Shown here: piece by piece, positions 35,759-44,993 of the stretch
Position numbering within the stretch: position 1 is the stretch's first letter
Layout of the letters: each line of letters opens with the position of its first letter
Origin: Patescibacteria group bacterium
GTDB lineage: Bacteria; Patescibacteriota; Patescibacteriia; 2-02-FULL-49-11
Direction: 5' to 3'
Length of the DNA: 64,000 nt
NCBI GenBank assembly: GCA_041645165.1
Contig: JBAZQN010000003.1
Location: 28,198-92,197 of the forward strand
Notes under the pieces: model-generated
The model's input: the letters and a program-made list of their open reading frames with translations, nothing else
What the model was told of the DNA's origin: nothing
Database searches by the model: none
Program-made: the position numbers and the translations under genes

Positions 35759-38443
35759 TTATTTTTTAATCCAAGTCCGAACAACTTCTTGAAAATTGCG
35801 AGGTTTCTGTTGTTGGGTTTCCCATTCTTCCTGTCTGACGTAAAGCATTTTGTAAACGACGTTCTTTTGATTCGCGTTTACATCCACGCACCATTGAGCA
35901 AGCCGTTTAATTTTCTCGACATCATCGAGATCCTCTCGCCCTTTGGTTTCAACGACATAGTATTCTTCAGGGCGTACTTTTACAATATAATCCGGGTAGT
36001 AATCTGAAATGCTTCCGTCCGCGTTTTTATAATCAATTTTGAAATGCACCGCAAAATAGTTTTTGGCGTAAGAAATTATATCCTCGCAATTTTCAAGAAA
36101 GCTCGCGAATTCCAACTCAAAATGGCTATCACCAATAATTTTATTAAAAATGCTTCGCTTTGGCACAATATACTCCTGATCTTTGACCACGAACGGGCGA
36201 CTTTTGCCGATTTTTATATAGTCCCGAATTTCCGTCTCGCCTTTATCCAAAACAGTGAGCGTGTTGATTTCTTTTTTGAATGTTTCAAAGATCGTCCGCG
36301 AAGCCTCAATTTCGGATAGATTGCGAAGCGAATTGAGGTTATCAAGATCAATACGCGTATTAAATAAATGTCCTTGGATAAACTCCTTAACCTTGCCGTA
36401 AAGTATGTCATAGCCGGAAACAAGCCGGAGTTCTTTCATAATAACCTGCGTAAAATATCCGATTACGCTTTGATAGTTAGGCACAAAATTGCTATCAAGC
36501 TCCGTTTTGTGGGTAATATCTCCGCTCGCTATATCACGAAAGACAATCTCTCGTTTTTCCTCCTCCGAAAACTCTTTGATAGGGATTTTTTTATGACCGA
36601 ATTTCGCGACATCAAGTCCGGACAAATTTTTATATTCGCGATAAATGCGGGGAGTAAGAACCGGAATTTGAATATCCATTTTCTCAATGTCCTTTTTCAT
36701 ATTCTCGCGATCAACTTCAACCACGAGCGGACTTTTTGGGCCGGTGCCTTCGCCCATCTTGCGGTGTTCAAATTCAACTCCCTCGTTTTTGATAGATTCC
36801 ACAAAATCCATAAATGCGTCAGTGCCTACAACACTGACAAGCTCCGGCAAGTCCGGATCGCGATACATTCGGCGCAAACCTCGTCCAAGCGTCTGCTCGG
36901 GCAGAATGTTGCTTTGCGCAACATAAGCCCGTAGGCCGACAATAGTCGTTACATTACGAACATCCCAGCCCTCTTTGAGCATAAGCACCGAAACAATCGC
37001 TTTGTACGGACTGTCGAGCTGATCAATCTCATTAGCCGCCTTACGCAGTATTTTTAGTTCTTCCTCTTTTTTGCCAGTTACACTTTCCGAAATTTCTCCG
37101 TTGTTTTTCGTGTGAATCACTAACACCGCGTCTTTTAGCTCCGCATAGGTGTTTTCAAGATATTCCGCCACCTCATCGCAATTTTTTGTATCATCTGTCA
37201 TCAAAAATAAGACTGCTTTTTTGCCGAGCTTAGTGTGCACGTCGTACACTTTTTTCCATTCAAGAAAACCGAGATGGATATAATCTTTATATTTCTCGGT
37301 ATACTTCGCGCTTTTGTGTTCCTGTAATTTTGCGCGGCTGGCTGAATCCGGCAAAACAGGGTGCTTAACGACATTTTGATGGATTGCTTCAACAAGCGGG
37401 TAGTCGCTTATCGTTTGCACAAAAATTGCGCCGCTGTTGTGCTTCGGCGTAGCCGTTACATCAACCTGCAAAGCAAGCTGACCACCTTTCATCTTGAGCC
37501 GATTGTGAATATCCTCAATTGCCTTGAACCACGCCAAGCGCGGATCGTGGATATGGTGGGCTTCATCGTTTAGCACAATAAGTTCGTCCACATTGCGAAC
37601 AATATCCCCAAGATCAAGTTTTGATTCGTTCGTCGCGCCAACCGGCTGCTTTCCAAGAAAATAATCGGTTGTATCGGGATCACCGAAGCTCGCCGACTCT
37701 ATCGCGCCCTCGTAGACACGGTGAATGTTCGTAAGAAAGATATTGCCGGTTTTTCGCACAGTGCCAATTTCATCCTGAATATGAAGCGTCATTTGAAAAT
37801 CATCGCGCCAGTTCCGTCCTTGATAGCCGTTGTCGGGAAGCACGGGATCCCCAAAAAATATTTTGAGTCCGTCAAAATCGGCGCGAATACGATCAAGAAC
37901 GATAATATTGGGCGTAATGACCAGAAAATTGCGGGCCAACCGCGAATCGTCCTCATAAAGTTTGTGATAGTAGCACCATGCCAAAATCAAACTCAATACT
38001 TTTGTTTTTCCACTACCAGTTGCCATCTTTACTACATATCGCGTCCATGTCTCGCTAAACATACTTGTTGAAATCGCCCGCGAGCTATCAAATTGCATAA
38101 GTGCGTATGGATCTCTCGCCTTGGCGATTTCATACAGCCAAATAATCGTTTCCACCGCCTCTCGTTGGGCAAAGTAGTATTGAAAAAGAAATATCTCGCC
38201 GTCTGATGTTTCTGTCGGATGATCAGTTAAAAACCACCACTTGAGCAATGTTTTGCTTGTTTCGCTAGCGCCGTCATAACCGGACAATCGCCAATCCCGA
38301 ACTTTTTTGCGAAGTTCGGCAACGAGTGGAGGGAGTAGTTTTTCATATCCCTTTTCACGCAAATTCTCATCAGCCGGAAACCACCGGATCGCCGGATCAA
38401 GAATTTCATATGGTGATTGTGGAAACTTTTGATGAAGTGCCAT
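35759..38443 (-). CDS. res: Type III R-M restriction (Res) subunit
   Basis: MATGSGKT, NDEAHH, TATP, LKEGWD, QTLGRGLR, PD..VETKG nuclease motif. Confidence 0.9.
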   Translation of the reverse strand: MALHQKFPQSPYEILDPAIRWFPADENLREKGYEKLLPPLVAELRKKVRDWRLSGYDGASETSKTLLKWWFLTDHPTETSDGEIFLFQYYFAQREAVETIIWLYEIAKARDPYALMQFDSSRAISTSMFSETWTRYVVKMATGSGKTKVLSLILAWCYYHKLYEDDSRLARNFLVITPNIIVLDRIRADFDGLKIFFGDPVLPDNGYQGRNWRDDFQMTLHIQDEIGTVRKTGNIFLTNIHRVYEGAIESASFGDPDTTDYFLGKQPVGATNESKLDLGDIVRNVDELIVLNDEAHHIHDPRLAWFKAIEDIHNRLKMKGGQLALQVDVTATPKHNSGAIFVQTISDYPLVEAIHQNVVKHPVLPDSASRAKLQEHKSAKYTEKYKDYIHLGFLEWKKVYDVHTKLGKKAVLFLMTDDTKNCDEVAEYLENTYAELKDAVLVIHTKNNGEISESVTGKKEEELKILRKAANEIDQLDSPYKAIVSVLMLKEGWDVRNVTTIVGLRAYVAQSNILPEQTLGRGLRRMYRDPDLPELVSVVGTDAFMDFVESIKNEGVEFEHRKMGEGTGPKSPLVVEVDRENMKKDIEKMDIQIPVLTPRIYREYKNLSGLDVAKFGHKKIPIKEFSEEEKREIVFRDIASGDITHKTELDSNFVPNYQSVIGYFTQVIMKELRLVSGYDILYGKVKEFIQGHLFNTRIDLDNLNSLRNLSEIEASRTIFETFKKEINTLTVLDKGETEIRDYIKIGKSRPFVVKDQEYIVPKRSIFNKIIGDSHFELEFASFLENCEDIISYAKNYFAVHFKIDYKNADGSISDYYPDYIVKVRPEEYYVVETKGREDLDDVEKIKRLAQWCVDVNANQKNVVYKMLYVRQEEWETQQQKPRNFQEVVRTWIKK

Positions 38444-38627
38444 AAAACTATTTAAAGTTTCAACTAATTCCAGCCCTTATTTTAAGCCAAATTTTAATCA
38501 TTTTTTAACTAATTCGTCTCTCTTTTAACTAACTTCCAAACCGCAATTCCGATCTTTTCTTCTAATCCCTTAGCTAGGATAATGACCCGCCCAGAAACGG
38601 CCTTAAAATAGAGCCTAAATCGGCCTA

Positions 38628-40082
38628 TCATGTTTTATTATCAACCCCCCTTGAAAATAAACCCTTGGGCATCTCTTGCCCAGGCTTTCTATAGTAACGA
38701 TCCTTTTTTGCCTTACCAATTTTTTCTAGCAGTCCTTTTTCAACCCAGGCCTTCAAAATCCTAGACATTCTTAAGACATCGTGTACGCCGGTTGTTTCAC
38801 GGGCCTGTTTATTCGTAATGCGATAGTTTGCATCTAAATATTTACTGACGGTATCCCAATATTCAACTTTTTGCAGATTAAGAAGTATAAGCAACACCGA
38901 GTTCGGTTTTATTGTCGGCGGAAAGTATAACGGTTCGTATAGATTTTTCTCTTTCATCACTTTATACATACGATCAACGCCTTCTCCAATATCCAGGTTT
39001 GGAGCAACTTGAAAACGATTCAATGTTCTTAATATTAAAGGGTTTCTGGCGAATCTTTCTGACCGTATATTTTCAGTAGTGATGTGTCCCGGATAAGTCC
39101 CCGGACTTTCCACCTCAACACGATCGTCAAAGAATCTAACCTGTATATCGTTCTGGACAAAATAATTTCTATGAATAACTGCGTTCGTAATAGCTTCTTG
39201 AAATGCCCACTCGGGAATCATAAAAGTTGGTCTAAATGAGGCGCCGCTTAGTTTTGGTCGAGAACTTTTCGCCACACTCTTAAAATAGTCAACAGCTTTT
39301 TCTATCTGATGCAAGAGAGATCCTTCAAGAGTAAATGGCCGGTCTACAAAATTTGGCTCACCTGTATAATTTGGTTTGGTCCCATAATAGTGAGAAATTT
39401 TAATTCCGCATTTATTTTTCAACATAACCGATGGATTTTTACCGAACAATAAGACTCCGGCTGTGGTGAGCTCGTGCTTTCCAGCTTGATCAATCGAAAG
39501 TCCGTTATCTTTCAAAAACTGCCAGTCATTCAAGCTTTCACTTGCGGTATCCTTTTTATATTGCTTCAGTAAATTTTCATCCACGTCGTCGAGCGTAAAA
39601 ATGTCTGATTTCTCACTTTCAAATTTTATAGCGCCCTTCTCATACTTAAGACGCATTATTTCCGTAGAGCCGATTTTTACATTCTGCCTGCCTTTCCTTA
39701 CGAAAGTATCGCCGCGCTTGAGGGAATGCACATCATTGCTCTTTTTTACACTCACTACAAACAACTTGTCCGGCTGCCTATTCACATTGGTTATATCGAG
39801 TTCAAATTTTCCCCAAAGATTAAGCGGTGGTTCAATTTCTTTTTCAATGAGCTTCAAAAACTCTGAAATATTATCCAGGTTTTCACTGATTCCAAGTAGT
39901 CGTTTGTGGCCTTCTGCTTTTGACGGATCTTCAAGCCCAACGACAATGTAACCACCTTCCGTATTTGCAAAGGAAACAACCGTCTCTAAAAGTTTCGCCG
40001 GCTCAATAGCGGCTCGCTTACACTCAAAAGTCTGCCACTCCTGGGTATCTAGAAAAATCTTTATTATTTCTTGGTCATTCAT
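38628..40082 (-). CDS. AlbA_2 plus RecG-C/HATPase-like plus wHTH protein
   Basis: FECK, SFANTEGG, EAITNAVIHRNY, ESPG, RNP, GEG. Confidence 0.85.
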   Translation of the reverse strand: MNDQEIIKIFLDTQEWQTFECKRAAIEPAKLLETVVSFANTEGGYIVVGLEDPSKAEGHKRLLGISENLDNISEFLKLIEKEIEPPLNLWGKFELDITNVNRQPDKLFVVSVKKSNDVHSLKRGDTFVRKGRQNVKIGSTEIMRLKYEKGAIKFESEKSDIFTLDDVDENLLKQYKKDTASESLNDWQFLKDNGLSIDQAGKHELTTAGVLLFGKNPSVMLKNKCGIKISHYYGTKPNYTGEPNFVDRPFTLEGSLLHQIEKAVDYFKSVAKSSRPKLSGASFRPTFMIPEWAFQEAITNAVIHRNYFVQNDIQVRFFDDRVEVESPGTYPGHITTENIRSERFARNPLILRTLNRFQVAPNLDIGEGVDRMYKVMKEKNLYEPLYFPPTIKPNSVLLILLNLQKVEYWDTVSKYLDANYRITNKQARETTGVHDVLRMSRILKAWVEKGLLEKIGKAKKDRYYRKPGQEMPKGLFSRGVDNKT

Positions 40083-42235
40083 ATATTCACCTCAATTATC
40101 TTCATCGTATCATTGCCGAAAATATCCACGACCTTGATTGCAAGCTTGTGCTTGCCCTTTCCAAGCTCGCGGGAAATAGATGTAAGTTCAAGCTCGCGCT
40201 TCTTCTTCGTACGGAAATCCTGCCACTCGTTTTCAAACACATAATCGCCAGTCCATACTTCTTCATATTCCAAGAGGTTCACCTGCGTTGGATTCGTTGA
40301 GCCGTCCAGTTTTATCTGCGTGGCTTCTTTTTTGGGTACGCGAACAACTTCTTTTTTGCTCTCAAAATTAAAATCAACCGCCCAATAATCAATCCAGTCC
40401 GTCCATTTTTTCGTGAGCGTCTCTCGCTCCACAATACCATCTTTGTCTTTGGATATTTTGATGATTTGGCCGTTTTCCACCACCAGCTTTTTACCCCCGG
40501 CTTTAAGATTTTCCTCAACTTCTTTGATTGAATCCTGATTATAAAATACTGAAAAATCAGTCAGCTCAACCGCTACCATTCCTTTTTTAACAATAGGTTT
40601 TACTTCAATATAGCTCACATCATGGAATACTACTTGATTCTTCTCAATCGCGCGCTTGTCAAACACATCGCGGGGAATGTATTTGAGCGCGAGATCAACG
40701 CCTTTGCCTTTGGCTTCTTCCTGAATGTTGGGAAATAATCCCATTTCAAACTCAAACGCCAAAACATCAACTTTGGTGATTTGCTTTTCAACTGCTTCTG
40801 TTATCACCGCGTCAACGAACAGCCGCGAGACCGGCATATTGATTGGCCCAATGGCAACGAGGCGAGAATTTTTCTTACCATGAAATGTTTTAAAGCCGTC
40901 AAAACTTTCGGCTTTGTATGCCGAAATAATAAGTGCAATAAAATCTTTTTCTTTTTGAGCGATTTGCTTTTGTTTCTCATCTTCGCGCAGGTTCGGATTG
41001 ATACCAACAAACATCTGGCGTTCGTATTTTCCGAGATTTAAAATTTCAAAGGCGCGAAAATCTTTTCCCGCTTTTGCCAGTTCACGCTGAACACCAATCA
41101 TTCGCTTGCGAGTTGTATGAATTGAGAATTTGCCTAAATCAGAACCAATCCACTTACGCCCGAGCTTTTCCGCAACAGCGAGCGTAGTACCCGAACCAGC
41201 AAAAAAATCCGCAACGAGATCGCCTTCGTTAGACGATGCTTTAACAATTCTCTCTAATAAATCTTCATGTTTTTGAGTAGGATAACCAACTTTTTTGTCC
41301 CCTCTTAACGCTGGCAATTCGATAAAATTATCGGCCTTGTTTTCCGTAACTTCAAAATAAACAATTTTGCCATTTTCGTCTCTTAGTCTTTGGGCTTTCC
41401 CCGTAACTGGATCCCAGACATGCTTGCTTGCGGTTCTAAATCCTTCTTCATTTTTAATTTTTTCGTAAACAATATTCCAGATATGCTCACCCTTGTTTTT
41501 TGCGTAATAAAATACCGTCTCGGTATTTTGATGAAATTTTTTCGACAAAGCTTTTAAACCTACTGCTGTGTAATGTATGACAATTTCATTTTGAAAATTA
41601 TTTTCATTGAATATCTCATCCAGTAATATTTTAATATACGGGCTTACTCTCCAATCGCAATGCACATAAATACTTCCATCTTCAGCAAGTAAACCGTGCA
41701 TAAGCGACAATCTCTCATATATCATCGCGATAAAACTATCCGCGCCCTTGCCCCATGTGTCACGATACGCTAATTCTTCCAGCACGCCGGGCTTTTTAGT
41801 AAATTCTTCTTCCCCGACTTCAATGTTCATTGAAAAATCCGCACCAACATCAAACGGCGGATCAATGTAAATCAATTTAATTCCACCTTGTTCTTGGATT
41901 TCTTGCCGAAGCGGACCATTTTTCAAACTGGAAAGGATTAATTTGTTGTCGCCCCAAATGAGCTTATTCGTCCATCCTTTGAGCTGGCGGCCGCGAGTGT
42001 CCACGTCAAACAGGGCCTGCTGGAGCTTGACCTCTTTTTCGCTTCTCGGCTCATCAACCTGCTCAATAACTTGAAATGGCAAAACGACATTCGTAACCTC
42101 ACTCGTTTTTCCATTCCAGACAAGCTCCACCTCCTGCTTATCCGCAAAAAGCAAAAAACGATATTTATCCGGCAACGGCTTATCGGCTTCCAAGTATTTG
42201 ATAATATCCCGTTTTTCGTTATCTGCTATTTTCAT
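40079..42235 (-). CDS. mod: Type III R-M methyltransferase (Mod, beta class)
   Basis: IYIDPPF, YPTQK, DFFAGSGTT. Confidence 0.92.
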   Translation of the reverse strand: MKIADNEKRDIIKYLEADKPLPDKYRFLLFADKQEVELVWNGKTSEVTNVVLPFQVIEQVDEPRSEKEVKLQQALFDVDTRGRQLKGWTNKLIWGDNKLILSSLKNGPLRQEIQEQGGIKLIYIDPPFDVGADFSMNIEVGEEEFTKKPGVLEELAYRDTWGKGADSFIAMIYERLSLMHGLLAEDGSIYVHCDWRVSPYIKILLDEIFNENNFQNEIVIHYTAVGLKALSKKFHQNTETVFYYAKNKGEHIWNIVYEKIKNEEGFRTASKHVWDPVTGKAQRLRDENGKIVYFEVTENKADNFIELPALRGDKKVGYPTQKHEDLLERIVKASSNEGDLVADFFAGSGTTLAVAEKLGRKWIGSDLGKFSIHTTRKRMIGVQRELAKAGKDFRAFEILNLGKYERQMFVGINPNLREDEKQKQIAQKEKDFIALIISAYKAESFDGFKTFHGKKNSRLVAIGPINMPVSRLFVDAVITEAVEKQITKVDVLAFEFEMGLFPNIQEEAKGKGVDLALKYIPRDVFDKRAIEKNQVVFHDVSYIEVKPIVKKGMVAVELTDFSVFYNQDSIKEVEENLKAGGKKLVVENGQIIKISKDKDGIVERETLTKKWTDWIDYWAVDFNFESKKEVVRVPKKEATQIKLDGSTNPTQVNLLEYEEVWTGDYVFENEWQDFRTKKKRELELTSISRELGKGKHKLAIKVVDIFGNDTMKIIEVNI

Positions 42236-42255
42236 AACTACTCGATGAAAAAATC

Positions 42256-42588
42256 CTACAGGTTTTTTGGAGAAGGTGGCGAATTGTTTTCATTATAGCA
42301 ACTCTCGCACTCCCAATACTCAAAACACCCATACGGTTTTGGGTCCTGGTTGAGAACTCGGAGAGTAAAATTACCGATGCGTTCCGTTTTGTGCCCCGCT
42401 TTCTTGGCTCTCTGAAATTCTGCTTTTGAAATTTTCGGTACCTTGCCGAAGTAATGCCCGCCGAGGTAGGAGCGGTTAGCACTAAGCCTGATAGAAACAG
42501 CACATCCGCAAATGCTGCACTGACGTGCGAGCACCCGAGCCGTCACCCGATCTTTGAGATTTTTAGTGAGAGTTAATGGCCTTGCCAT
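42256..42588 (-). CDS. Hypothetical Zn-finger protein
   Basis: CSICG ... EYWECESC. Confidence 0.6.
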   Translation of the reverse strand: MARPLTLTKNLKDRVTARVLARQCSICGCAVSIRLSANRSYLGGHYFGKVPKISKAEFQRAKKAGHKTERIGNFTLRVLNQDPKPYGCFEYWECESCYNENNSPPSPKNL

Positions 42589-42663
42589 ACCTCCATGATC
42601 CCACAAAAAACGGCTTGGGGCAAGGAAAAACGTGGCAAACATACTGCAAATTTGCCACATCGC

Positions 42664-43200
42664 CTAGACGCCGCCTGACAATTTATACTTGGCATGGCGT
42701 TGATCGCCCAGCCGCGCCACAAGACCGCGGTTGATGAGTTCTTTGAGCCGGTTAGTCGCGGTAGTGTCGGTGACGTGGAACGCATCCCGAATATCCTGAT
42801 TGGTGACCAGCGTGCCCTTCTGTTTGATGAAATCCACGATCTCCTGAAGACGCGCTTCATACTGCGCGCGCTTCCTGGTGTGTGCAAGCGTGAGATTGGC
42901 GTCCAGCTTGTCCTGAAATATACGGTCTTTGTCCGCATCCGTGAGCGGCTTCTCTACCTCTTTTATAACTTCTTTCACCACAGGCTCTGCGACAGGCGAC
43001 GTATCGTGTGTCTCCTGAATAGGTGGCTCGCTTTCTAGCGAAGGCGCGTCCGGTGCAGGCGGTTCAAATATAGACGATGGTTCTACCTCCGGCGCGGGCT
43101 CTATAACAGTCACCGGTTCAGCGACTGGAGCAGGTTCGGCAACTGGCGCAGGCGAAACCGGCGCGCTTTCCGGCATGGTCTCTTCTGAAGGCGCATCCAC
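42664..43200 (-). CDS. Pro/Glu-rich protein with C-terminal winged helix
   Basis: VTNQDIRDAFHVTDTTATNRLKELINRG; start uncertain. Confidence 0.75.
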   Translation of the reverse strand: MDAPSEETMPESAPVSPAPVAEPAPVAEPVTVIEPAPEVEPSSIFEPPAPDAPSLESEPPIQETHDTSPVAEPVVKEVIKEVEKPLTDADKDRIFQDKLDANLTLAHTRKRAQYEARLQEIVDFIKQKGTLVTNQDIRDAFHVTDTTATNRLKELINRGLVARLGDQRHAKYKLSGGV

Positions 43201-43323
43201 CTGCGCACTATCACTTGGGATTATAGTACTCTCATCGCTTATACATTAAATTCTCTCAAACCCGTCGTAGGCCCTTTCGTGCGAAAGGTATCACGACAAC
43301 AAATAAATTTTATGCGATGAGGA

Positions 43324-43767
43324 CTATCCGCCGACAACGGCTGGTGGAGTCTTCGCTTGCCGCTTGAGGCGGCGATGCGTGCGGATGATGAGAATGATGC
43401 TTACAATAAAATATATCAGACCCAAAAGTGATCCATAAAATTCTCCGCTCCCAATCCCCAACGAATTACCGTCTCCGTTAGAACTATCCAGCACGATAAA
43501 AAGAATAGAAAGGGGAATATATATGCGGGCGAATTTGAACCAGTTAATAAAAACCTCCTTCTTTAAAAAAGCAAGTATAAACAGAAATGCCGATATTCCT
43601 ATTGACCACGCGAATACGACGCCAGCAACGGTGTCAAAAAAATTAAGGCAATCCCACCTAGCATTCATACAAATCCCACCATAATCTACCCGCGCAAGTA
43701 ATACTGATGCTACAGTTAAAACCAAGAGAAAAACGATACTAATGATCAATTTTTTGGTGTGTGTCAT
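43324..43767 (-). CDS. 4-TM membrane protein, paralog of 44559-44978
   Basis: VFINWFKFARIY vs VFQSWLNFARVY. Confidence 0.75.
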   Translation of the reverse strand: MTHTKKLIISIVFLLVLTVASVLLARVDYGGICMNARWDCLNFFDTVAGVVFAWSIGISAFLFILAFLKKEVFINWFKFARIYIPLSILFIVLDSSNGDGNSLGIGSGEFYGSLLGLIYFIVSIILIIRTHRRLKRQAKTPPAVVGG

Positions 43768-43779
43768 AGGCAGTAGTTA

Positions 43780-44394
43780 TTATACCAACGAAGCCCGTAT
43801 CGTTTCAATGATTTGGATAAGCGGCTGGGCATCCGATGGTTTGATGAGGAACTTGGGGAAACCCTGCAATTGTTTGACCAATCCCTTGAGAATACCATCG
43901 GCGGCCTTCACAAGTCCTTTGTCTAGTAGTTTCTCCGCCACTTCTAATTGCTTGATAACCGCATTCTTCACTCCTTTCTTAATGGCAAGCGTATTCACCA
44001 CTTGCTTAAGCGCTTTGAGCGATTCCTTCGGATCGGGTTCTGCCGAAGGGGAAACGGTAACATCCGGCGTGCCGTCTCCCTGCAGATCAATTGAAAGACT
44101 GCTTGTAGTCTCAACTGTTTGCGTGATGAGGAACGCTTTGGTGTCTGGCGTGACGGGTATATTCGTATAGGCGGTAGAGTCAACCACTTCGTCATTAAAC
44201 ACCTCATCGATTTCGAGCGTGAACGATCCGAGAGCAAGACCCTGAATCTCGATGCGGTACTGATCTTGCGTATCCAAGCCCAGGTAAGTCTTTTCTCCTA
44301 TTTTGTAGTAATAACTATTGGGGACTTGCGCTTCGAAAAGTTGATCATTTGAATTTGGGACGGGGCCGGTGTGGTTGCCGAAGGAATTGGTCAT
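43780..44394 (-). CDS. Orphan paralog of the lipase C-terminal region
   Basis: GNHTG, PNSYY, LGSFTLEIDE and helical tail align with C-terminus of 44994-47999. Confidence 0.75.
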   Translation of the reverse strand: MTNSFGNHTGPVPNSNDQLFEAQVPNSYYYKIGEKTYLGLDTQDQYRIEIQGLALGSFTLEIDEVFNDEVVDSTAYTNIPVTPDTKAFLITQTVETTSSLSIDLQGDGTPDVTVSPSAEPDPKESLKALKQVVNTLAIKKGVKNAVIKQLEVAEKLLDKGLVKAADGILKGLVKQLQGFPKFLIKPSDAQPLIQIIETIRASLV

Positions 44395-44558
44395 ATAACG
44401 GTCCTTTTGCGACACCCTCTCGAGGCGATACACGTAACAAATCAAACGCAAAAATCCCCCTAAAAAGGGAGAATCCACAAAGCTTAAAAGCAATTGTGGA
44501 TTAGTTAGTAGGGAAGCGGATTTATGGACTGTCGCCCAATTGAGGTTTTGCAGCTGGG

Positions 44559-44978
44559 TTATTTGTTTGGAGTGACTGGAGACGACGGTGTTGTCTGTTT
44601 TGATCGGCGGAGTTTGACGTTTTCACGTACAATAAGGATGATGGAAGTTAGTAAGAAAATAACAACCATTGTCCATGTGATTGATTCGTGATCAATGCCT
44701 ACACTAAAACCCATTCCTGTCTCACCGGTTGCTGGTGCGAGAATTATGAGTACAAAAGCGATGAGGAGATAAACACGGGCGAAATTTAGCCATGATTGAA
44801 AAACCTTGATCTCCATGAATGTCATGGTAAGTGAGAGTAGAAATACTATTACAGAGAAGTAGGCGATTGCTGCGCCGGACTCTCCAACAGAATCTGACTC
44901 TGAGTAATTTAAAAAAGCACCTAGCAAAAAGCTGATCACCGATAGGAATAAGATTTTTTTAGGGTTAATTTTCTGCAT
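44559..44978 (-). CDS. 4-TM membrane protein
   Basis: Hydrophobic segments; immediately downstream of lipase. Confidence 0.75.
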   Translation of the reverse strand: MQKINPKKILFLSVISFLLGAFLNYSESDSVGESGAAIAYFSVIVFLLSLTMTFMEIKVFQSWLNFARVYLLIAFVLIILAPATGETGMGFSVGIDHESITWTMVVIFLLTSIILIVRENVKLRRSKQTTPSSPVTPNK

Positions 44979-44993
44979 ACGCGTATCGCGTCT

